Source of the DNA: Escherichia coli
GTDB taxonomy: Bacteria > Pseudomonadota > Gammaproteobacteria > Enterobacterales > Enterobacteriaceae
Length of the DNA stretch: 64,000 nucleotides
Reading direction: 5' to 3' (one strand)
NCBI RefSeq assembly: GCF_050920415.1
Contig: NZ_CP169309.1
The notes under the pieces are model-generated. The model saw only the letters and a list, made by a program, of their open reading frames with translations, ran no database searches and was not told the origin of the DNA. The position numbers and the translations under genes are program-made. Numbering within the stretch: the first letter of the stretch is position 1; the number at the start of each line of letters is the position of its first letter. Of the stretch, positions 20,739 to 27,105 are shown one piece after another.

Positions 20739-22741
20739 TGAAAGTAACTGCAAACGGTAAGACATTTACCTTCCCTGATGGTACGAGCACGGAAGATATT
20801 GGCACCGCCATTGATGAGTATTTTGCTGGTCAGTCAGCACCAACACAACAAGGTGTTCAGCAATCGCCAGCAGACAACTCACTTGCATCAGGATATGCAC
20901 AGCTTGCCACTCAGCAGAAGGAAGGACTAGATCGCTCTGCTGAGCAAGGGGCTGTTTTAGGTGCTGCAATGCGCGATGCCGTTACCGGTGAAAGCCGAAT
21001 GACACCAGAAATGGAGAGACTGCAAAATGTTGGGTCTGCTCCAGAGCTTAATAGCTTAAGCACTGATGCGCTGCGTGCTGGATTGGGGCAGCTATTTGGT
21101 TCCGACGCTTCACAGGAGAAAATACTGCAAAGTATTGGCGGGAAAATCCGGAAGGATGAGAAGGGAAATTCCATAGTCACCCTTCCTTCAGGGGAATATG
21201 CACTTAACAAGCCTGGTTTGTCACCGCAGGATATAACGTCATTCTTGGCAAATGCTCTTGCATTCACTCCAGCAGGTAGAGCTGCGTCTGTTGTAGGTGC
21301 AACACTAAAATCAGGCGCTACTGATTTAGCTTTACAGGGTGCCACTAAGATCGCTGGCGGTGAGAATGTTAATCCAGTTCAAACTGCAATTTCTGCTGGT
21401 CTTGGTGGGGTACTGAAGGGTGTAGAAAACACCGCAAGCGCAGTGTCTCGTTCTGCTATGGGTAAGATTGCTCCTGAAAAACAAGCTCAGATTGACTTTG
21501 CCAAGCAGAACAACTTGCCACTGATGACAACAGATCTTGTGGAACCGGGAACAAATATTGGTAAGCAAGCACGAGCTATGGCTGAGCGAATCCCAATAGC
21601 CGGAACAGGTGGGATAAGAAATGCACAGCAAAAGGCCAGGGAAGATTTAGTTAGAACTTTTAGCGATAATGTTGGTGGAATATCTGACGCACAACTTTAC
21701 CAATCAGCTACTCGTGGTCAGCAGCAATTTATTCAGGCTGCTGGCAAGCGGTACGACAGGATCATCAGTTTGATGGGGGATACTCCTGTTGACATCACTG
21801 GAACAGTGAAAGCAATTGATGAGCAGATTTCCAAGTTAACTCGCCCAGGAGTATCGCAAGATCGCTCAGCTGTTTCTGTCCTTCAACAGTTTAGAAATGA
21901 CATCACCAGCGGTCCAAATAACCTGCAATTAGCTAGAGAAAACCGTACAAACTTACGTAAGCGCTTTATGGCAGCACCTGACGAGGTCGATAGAGATACG
22001 CTGGAGAAAGCTGCGCAGTCTGTTTATAACGCATACACAACAGACATGAAAAAAGCGGTTGGCGCAAAACTAGGTGCGAAGGAAGCGCAAAACATGTCGC
22101 GTGTTGATCGTTCTTGGGCAAAGTTCAACGACATGATGAGCAATACACGTGTCCAAAAAGCTATTCAGAGTGGTAAAACAACGCCAGAAGATGTCACTAA
22201 ACTAGTATTCAGCCAAAGCCCAGCGGAAAGGGCGCAACTTTATCGATTGCTTGATGATAGTGGGCGTCAAAATGCTAGAGCAGCACTTGTTCAGCGTGCA
22301 ATGGATAAGGCGACAAGCGATTCAGGAAAGCTTAGCGTTGAGAAGTTTATTAATGAAATGAAAAGGAATCGGAAGCAGGCTGAGACGTTCTTCAGAGGAG
22401 AGCATGGGAAACAGCTTGATGGGATAATGAAATATCTTGATTCCACTAGACAGGCAGCTACTGCTGCCGCAAGCCCACTAACAGGGCAAATGGTAGCTGG
22501 TCCAGCAGCGCTGATAACAGCTCTTGCGTCTGTTACAAATCCAATGTTTGCAAAAGTTGCGGCAGTTGGAGCTGGTATCGGTATGGCTGGCAGGGGCTAT
22601 GAGTCACGCGCGATGAGGAACGCATTACTAAAGTTAGCAAACACGCCAAAAGGAAGTACTGCTTATGATAGAGCGATCAGACGGGTATCTGAAACTCTTA
22701 CACCTCTAATTCAGGCTTCAAGTGAGAAAGCCCAGCAGTAA
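20735..22741 (+). CDS. gp16: Ejection protein gp16
   Basis: 668 aa. Last gene of the late operon by synteny. ATGA overlap with gp20. Confidence 0.85.
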   Translation: MMKVTANGKTFTFPDGTSTEDIGTAIDEYFAGQSAPTQQGVQQSPADNSLASGYAQLATQQKEGLDRSAEQGAVLGAAMRDAVTGESRMTPEMERLQNVGSAPELNSLSTDALRAGLGQLFGSDASQEKILQSIGGKIRKDEKGNSIVTLPSGEYALNKPGLSPQDITSFLANALAFTPAGRAASVVGATLKSGATDLALQGATKIAGGENVNPVQTAISAGLGGVLKGVENTASAVSRSAMGKIAPEKQAQIDFAKQNNLPLMTTDLVEPGTNIGKQARAMAERIPIAGTGGIRNAQQKAREDLVRTFSDNVGGISDAQLYQSATRGQQQFIQAAGKRYDRIISLMGDTPVDITGTVKAIDEQISKLTRPGVSQDRSAVSVLQQFRNDITSGPNNLQLARENRTNLRKRFMAAPDEVDRDTLEKAAQSVYNAYTTDMKKAVGAKLGAKEAQNMSRVDRSWAKFNDMMSNTRVQKAIQSGKTTPEDVTKLVFSQSPAERAQLYRLLDDSGRQNARAALVQRAMDKATSDSGKLSVEKFINEMKRNRKQAETFFRGEHGKQLDGIMKYLDSTRQAATAAASPLTGQMVAGPAALITALASVTNPMFAKVAAVGAGIGMAGRGYESRAMRNALLKLANTPKGSTAYDRAIRRVSETLTPLIQASSEKAQQ

Positions 22742-22749
22742 AAAGTTGG

Positions 22750-23070
22750 TTAGCGGTTGATGGTTGCTTTTTTCGGGTCATACCATCTCGGCCATTCTTT
22801 CAGGAATGGGAATGAGTCGGGAGCGTGGTTCTTTTTGTACGATTTAAGCAGCCTTAACCGCTCTATCGCACACTCATAAACCTCTTGTTGCCCTGTAGTC
22901 ATCTCGGTCCATGAAAGGTGATCCATTGATAAGACAACGTTTTCAGCTTCTTTTATGAGGGCGTTTTTATTTCTCACCGCAGCAGCATGGCTGACAGAGC
23001 AATCCTGCCATATTCTTAAAAGCCAAATAGCTAAGCAGATAAAAAAAATGGTAGATAGCGATATATACAC
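22750..23070 (-). CDS. Hypothetical single-pass membrane protein (106 aa) in the P22 sieA slot
   Basis: GTG at 23070 with GGAGG 5 nt upstream. N-terminal TM YISLSTIFFICLAIWLLRIW, then a soluble tail ending FLKEWPRWYDPKKATINR. The longer track ORF (to 23286) would overlap the opposite-strand gene and lacks an RBS. Confidence 0.45.
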   Translation of the reverse strand: MYISLSTIFFICLAIWLLRIWQDCSVSHAAAVRNKNALIKEAENVVLSMDHLSWTEMTTGQQEVYECAIERLRLLKSYKKNHAPDSFPFLKEWPRWYDPKKATINR

Positions 23071-23100
23071 ACCAACCTCCTTAGTTTTGAGCAGGATACC

Positions 23101-23466
23101 ATGAAAAAAGTTAACATTGGAAACGTACCAAAGATGCTCGTACCGCTCTTTGAGAGCGGTACAATTGTGTTTTGTAGAGACTTTCCAGAATGGCAACGCC
23201 TGCATCAAAAACTTGGCGTTGACGTGCATGACTCGGACGCCAACGGAGCGTCTCATACAATGAGTAGCGAGAATGGTGTTTTGCATGTGATAGGCGTGTT
23301 CAATGGCAAACTATCTACTATTGCCCATGAGTGCGCTCACATGGCATTCGATATCTGCTCAAGGGTAGGTGTTGATGTTGAACCAGGAAGAGCCAACGAG
23401 ACTTACTGCTACTTAATGAGCAGGCTTGTTGAGTTCTGCGAGCGACATATCAAAAAGCCGGAGTGA
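23101..23466 (+). CDS. Hypothetical 121-aa protein with a minimal zincin signature (HECAH ... E)
   Basis: AGGA upstream of the ATG. HECAH at aa 76-80 (nt 23326-23340). Glu100 lies 20 residues after the second His, which is gluzincin spacing. No named family recognised. Confidence 0.55.
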   Translation: MKKVNIGNVPKMLVPLFESGTIVFCRDFPEWQRLHQKLGVDVHDSDANGASHTMSSENGVLHVIGVFNGKLSTIAHECAHMAFDICSRVGVDVEPGRANETYCYLMSRLVEFCERHIKKPE

Positions 23467-23476
23467 CCCGGCTTGA
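23453..23476 (-). terminator. Hairpin terminator between convergent genes (T-run on the minus strand)
   Basis: AAGCCGG / loop / CCGGCTT. On the minus strand it is followed by TTTTGATAT, directly after the 59-aa gene. Confidence 0.5.
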
Positions 23477-23479
23477 TTA

Positions 23480-23659
23480 TTACTTTTTGCTGTCTGGAGT
23501 TCGCTTATCCAATACCCAGCCATGACCTGGCTTTGTTGTTGGTGGAAGCCTTTCGTTGTCCTTGACGGTGGCAAAATTGTCTTTCTTACCGCCGCGTGGG
23601 CCAACTTCTTGGTATATTCCGCCGTTTTTTCCTGTGTTTTCACCTGGTTTTTTCGCCAT
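23480..23659 (-). CDS. YjzC-like small protein, 59 aa (same size and position as P22 orf59a downstream of mnt, from memory)
   Basis: MAKKPGENTGKNGGIYQEVGPRGGKKDNFATVKDNERLPPTTKPGHGWVLDKRTPDSKK. GAGG lies 7 nt upstream of the ATG at 23659. The pattern resembles the Bacillus YjzC family. Confidence 0.55.
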   Translation of the reverse strand: MAKKPGENTGKNGGIYQEVGPRGGKKDNFATVKDNERLPPTTKPGHGWVLDKRTPDSKK

Positions 23660-23758
23660 GATATACCTCAACATACACCCGTTATTGGGCGATTAAATAT
23701 TGATCTCATTTTATAAGTAGTCAATATGGCCCAGGTAAATGCAAAAATTAACTCACCG

Positions 23759-24010
23759 TCAGGTGGTTTTTTTGTACAAATCCTTCAGCGTATCAAACAC
23801 CATCTTCTTAACAAGATCTGACTGCTCATCAGCGAGTCGTTCTGCATCGTCACGATATCCAGTCACAGGCGATGGTTTTGATAGAGCATCTTGGACGATT
23901 TGCAACAATTCTGAGTTCATTGATCTACCATTTGACTCTGCTCTGTATTTTAATTTTTCTCTTACTTCCAAAGGCATGCGGAAGTTAAAGTGCGGATCGT
24001 CTCTAGCCAT
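23759..24010 (-). CDS. mnt: Mnt repressor (ribbon-helix-helix)
   Basis: 83 aa MARDDPHFNFRMPLEVREKLKYRAESNGRSMNSELLQIVQDALSKPSPVTGYRDDAERLADEQSDLVKKMVFDTLKDLYKKTT. Nearly identical to the remembered P22 Mnt. Confidence 0.95.
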   Translation of the reverse strand: MARDDPHFNFRMPLEVREKLKYRAESNGRSMNSELLQIVQDALSKPSPVTGYRDDAERLADEQSDLVKKMVFDTLKDLYKKTT

Positions 24011-24033
24011 GCCATCACTCCAAGTTAGTATCT

Positions 24034-24297
24034 TTAACTTTCGTCTTTATTGTTGCCATACATGCATTTCAACTTCTCAACATCATGTTCAAGATCTATC
24101 AATCGTGATGCTATAGTTGCAAGGTCTAGTGCTTGAATGTGTTTATTTTTTTCGGTCCATGCTTCAAGTGCCGCGACCATCTCAGCATTTAATGAACGAG
24201 AATTAGCCTCAGCCAGTTCAATAAGACGTTCCTTTATCTCTACAGGAAGCCTCAGATTCACTTGAGGGTTTTTGTACTTACGATCAGACATCGGCAC
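24034..24297 (-). CDS. Second Mnt/Arc-family RHH protein (87 aa), first gene of the leftward immI operon
   Basis: N-terminal RHH pattern KNPQVNLRLPVEIKERLIELAEANSRSLNAEMVAALEAW plus a C-terminal helical tail, like the Mnt tetramerisation region. Confidence 0.7.
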   Translation of the reverse strand: MPMSDRKYKNPQVNLRLPVEIKERLIELAEANSRSLNAEMVAALEAWTEKNKHIQALDLATIASRLIDLEHDVEKLKCMYGNNKDES

Positions 24298-24327
24298 ATC
24301 CTGAATAATTTTTTACCACAGGATATG

Positions 24328-24383
24328 TAGGTATCTATTGACTATCAATGCGTACCTAAATACTATGTATGCGTACCACATAC
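24328..24383. promoter_or_regulatory. immI control region: back-to-back divergent promoters inside a 31-bp near-palindrome, plus repeated ATGCGTACC
   Basis: Rightward promoter: TTGACT (24338-43), 17 nt, TACTAT (24361-66). Leftward promoter: TTGATA, 17 nt, TATCCT. Palindrome TAGGTAtctATTGAcTaTCAATgcgTACCTA centred at 24343 (11/15 arm matches). ATGCGTACC occurs at 24348-56 and 24369-77. GTATG..CATAC occurs at 24367-83. Confidence 0.5.
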
Positions 24384-24396
24384 AACGGAGGATGCA

Positions 24397-24537
24397 ATGA
24401 AGGTAAAAACACTGCGTATGCCAGAGAAGTTAGAAAAAATCCTTGAAGAGAAAGCAAAGGAAGAGTGTCGCTCATTTAGCGCAGAAGTAATTAAACGGGT
24501 GATGGACAGCCTGAAGAGAGATGGGGTGGCGATATGA
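24397..24537 (+). CDS. Arc-like RHH repressor (46 aa)
   Basis: ACGGAGG upstream. MKVKTLRMPEKLEKILEEKAKEECRSFSAEVIKRVMDSLKRDGVAI follows the Arc pattern (beta strand, then two helices; compare P22 Arc ...NGRSVNSEIYQRVMESFKKEG). Below the ORF-track cutoff. Confidence 0.65.
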   Translation: MKVKTLRMPEKLEKILEEKAKEECRSFSAEVIKRVMDSLKRDGVAI

Positions 24538-24716
24538 ATAAAGAAGATGGCTTTAAGTGCTCCTTCTGCTGAAAGCCTCAGCATGAATGTGCAATGTTGA
24601 TTCGCGCTAAAGCAGAGATATTTATCTGTAATGGTTGTGTATCTCTTTGCGTTGAAGCGATGGGGAAAGAGTTAAATTCTAGAAAAACAATGTTAGATGT
24701 GAGCATAAAACAGTGA
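24534..24716 (+). pseudogene. ClpX-type C4 zinc-ribbon ORF interrupted by an in-frame TGA at codon 13
   Basis: ATGA overlap with the Arc-like gene. MNKEDGFKCSFC*KPQHECAMLIRAKAEIFICNGCVSLCVEAMGKELNSRKTMLDVSIKQ*. The pattern CSFC-x-K...LI....ICxxCVxxC matches the ClpX N-terminal zinc-binding domain (CSFCGK...). TGA at 24570-24572 sits where Gly (GGA) is expected. Confidence 0.55.
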
Positions 24717-24767
24717 AGCCCCAACTGCGGTAACAGTCAGGGCTTCGGTATCAACAAAACTTACGAG
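24705..24767 (-). ncRNA. Candidate sar-like antisense RNA covering the ant ribosome-binding site
   Basis: Minus-strand TTGACT (24800-24795), 15 nt, TATCCA-like TATCAA (24779-24774). Minus-strand hairpin GAAGCCC-ca-ACTG-cggtaa-CAGT-ca-GGGCTTC (24715-24746) followed by ACTGTTTTA. The transcript would be antisense to GAGG-ATG of ant. Proposed by analogy to P22 sar. Confidence 0.3.
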
Positions 24768-25439
24768 GTATTATTGATATGTCAAGCTTAGCAAAGTCAA
24801 CTGTAAATTGCACTAATAGCATCATCATTTCTGACGTCAAGATTCATATGGATTCAGAGGGTCGTTACTCGCTTAATGACCTTCATGTAGCGTCTGGAAA
24901 GGAGGAAAAACATCAGCCAGCTTTCTTCATGCGTAGAAATGAAACTATTGAATTGATTAATGAAATTTTTAATTCTGCGGATATGCAGAATAAGAATCCC
25001 GTCATTTCTAAGAAAGGTAGATATGGTGGAACATACGTGTGCAAGGAGCTTGTTTACTCCTACGCCATGTGGATTAGCGCAGCATTTGCGCTGAAGGTTA
25101 TCCGCGCATATGACGCAATGGTTACTGCCACACAAGAGAGGAAGGCTATTGGCGGTAAAACTTCAGTAGCTGAACGCACGCCGCTACGCGATGCAGTAAA
25201 CATGCTGGTAGGAAAGAAAGGACTTCGCTATGACGATGCATACAATATGGTTCATCAGCGTTTTGGTATTGACAGCATTGATGAACTTTCAATTGAACAA
25301 ATCCCGCTGGCCGTAGAGTACATCCACAGGGTAGTGCTTGAAGGTGAGTAGACTGGCCCCCTGAATCTCCAGACAACCAGTATCACTTAAATAAGTGATA
25401 GTCTTAATACTAGTTTTTAGACTAGTCATTGGAGAACAG

Positions 25440-25805
25440 ATGATTGATGTCTTAGGGCCGGAGAAACGCAGACGGCGTACCACACAGGAAAAGATCGCAA
25501 TTGTTCAGCAGAGCTTTGAACCGGGGATGACGGTCTCCCTCGTTGCCCGGCAACATGGTGTAGCAGCCAGCCAGTTATTTCTCTGGCGTAAGCAATACCA
25601 GGAAGGAAGTCTTACTGCTGTCGCCGCCGGAGAACAGGTTGTTCCTGCCTCTGAACTTGCTGCCGCCATGAAGCAGATTAAAGAACTCCAGCGCCTGCTC
25701 GGCAAGAAAACGATGGAAAATGAACTCCTCAAAGAAGCCGTTGAATATGGACGGGCAAAAAAGTGGATAGCGCACGCGCCCTTATTGCCCGGGGATGGGG
25801 AGTAA
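25440..25805 (+). CDS. insC: IS2 OrfA (InsC)
   Basis: 121 aa [56 protein letters not shown].... Confidence 0.95.
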
Positions 25806-26668
25806 GCTTAGTCAGCCGTTGTCTCCGGGTGTCGCGTGCGCAGTTGCACGTCATTCTCAGACGAACCGATGACTGGATGGATGGCCGCCGCAGTCGTCAC
25901 ACTGATGATACGGATGTGCTTCTCCGTATACACCATGTTATCGGAGAGCTGCCCACGTATGGTTATCGTCGGGTATGGGCGCTGCTTCGCAGACAGGCAG
26001 AACTTGATGGTATGCCTGCGATCAATGCCAAACGTGTTTACCGGATCATGCGCCAGAATGCGCTGTTGCTTGAGCGAAAACCTGCTGTACCGCCATCGAA
26101 ACGGGCACATACAGGCAGAGTGGCCGTGAAAGAAAGCAATCAGCGATGGTGCTCTGACGGGTTCGAGTTCTGCTGTGATAACGGAGAGAGACTGCGTGTC
26201 ACGTTCGCGCTGGACTGCTGTGATCGTGAGGCACTGCACTGGGCGGTGACTACTGGCGGCTTCAACAGTGAAACAGTACAGGACGTCATGCTGGGAGCGG
26301 TGGAACGCCGCTTCGGCGACGATCTTCCGTCGTCTCCAGTGGAGTGGCTGACGGATAATGGTTCATGCTACCGGGCTAATGAAACACGCCAGTTCGCCCG
26401 GATGTTGGGACTTGAACCGAAGAACACGGCGGTGCGGAGTCCGGAGAGTAACGGAATAGCAGAGAGCTTCGTGAAAACGATAAAGCGTGACTACATCAGT
26501 ATCATGCCCAAACCAGACGGGTTAACGGCAGCAAAGAACCTTGCAGAGGCGTTCGAGCATTATAACGAATGGCATCCGCATAGTGCGCTGGGTTATCGCT
26601 CGCCACGGGAATATCTGCGGCAGCGGGCTTGTAATGGGTTAAGTGATAACAGATGTCTGGAAATATAG
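25763..26668 (+). CDS. insD: IS2 OrfB (InsD); transposase made as an OrfAB fusion by -1 frameshifting
   Basis: 301-aa DDE ORF. Slippery A6G at 25757-25763 lies in the OrfA/OrfB overlap. Confidence 0.95.
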
Positions 26669-27023
26669 GGGCAAATCCAGTGAGTTCATTGGCAAACAAG
26701 AGAAGAAAACCAACGAGCTTTCTGCAAAAGAAGCAAACAGCCTTGTATGGTTATGGGATTATGCCAACCGCTCACAGGCATTATTCCGCGAATTGTATCC
26801 GGCATTAAAACAAATTCAATCGAACTATTCCGGCAGATGTCATGACTGCGGTTATGAGTTCTCCCGTATTATCGATATAGCGAGAGACGTTTTAATTAAT
26901 CACACACGAGATGTTGATATCAATGAGCCAGACGGACCAACGAATCTTTCCGCATGGATGAGACTTAAGAATAAAGAATTACCTCCTTCAGTACATAATT
27001 ACTGACAGATAACCAACGCAACG

Positions 27024-27047
27024 ACCCAGCTTCGGCTGGGTTTTTTT
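27024..27047 (+). terminator. Rho-independent terminator after ant
   Basis: ACCCAGC / TTCG / GCTGGGT followed by TTTTTT. Confidence 0.75.
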
Positions 27048-27105
27048 ATGCCCAAAATTCACCGTAGCCATGCTGCGGCGATTCCTTGTATCTGGAGCAA
27101 ATTAA

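Larger units (their letters stand above)
25349..26679 (+). mobile_element. IS2: IS2, complete 1331-bp copy with a 5-bp target-site duplication GTGAG
   Basis: Ends TAGACTGGCCCCCTGAATCTCCAGACAACC... and ...GTCTGGAAATATAGGGGCAAATCCA. Length is 1331 bp. GTGAG occurs at 25344-25348 and at 26680-26684. Confidence 0.97.
24779..27005 (+). pseudogene. ant: KilA-N-type antirepressor (ant position), disrupted by IS2
   Basis: The N-terminal 190 codons (24779-25348) carry the KilA-N pattern. Removing IS2 and one GTGAG copy joins ...RVVLEGE to [26 protein letters not shown]...SVHNY* (26685-27005) in frame. Confidence 0.8.

Noticed and set aside
22750-23286. Full 178-aa minus-strand ORF as the real gene
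   Set aside because: Its first 72 codons overlap the plus-strand 121-aa gene and have no RBS. An internal GTG at 23070 has a GGAGG at ideal spacing and begins exactly at the TM helix.
24570-24572. The TGA in the zinc-ribbon ORF as a selenocysteine codon
   Set aside because: The position aligns with Gly in the ClpX motif, not with a redox Cys. Only a weak 6-bp stem (CAGCAT...AATGTTG) follows it, without the features I associate with a bacterial SECIS. Nonsense mutation or low-level readthrough is more economical, although readthrough is not excluded.
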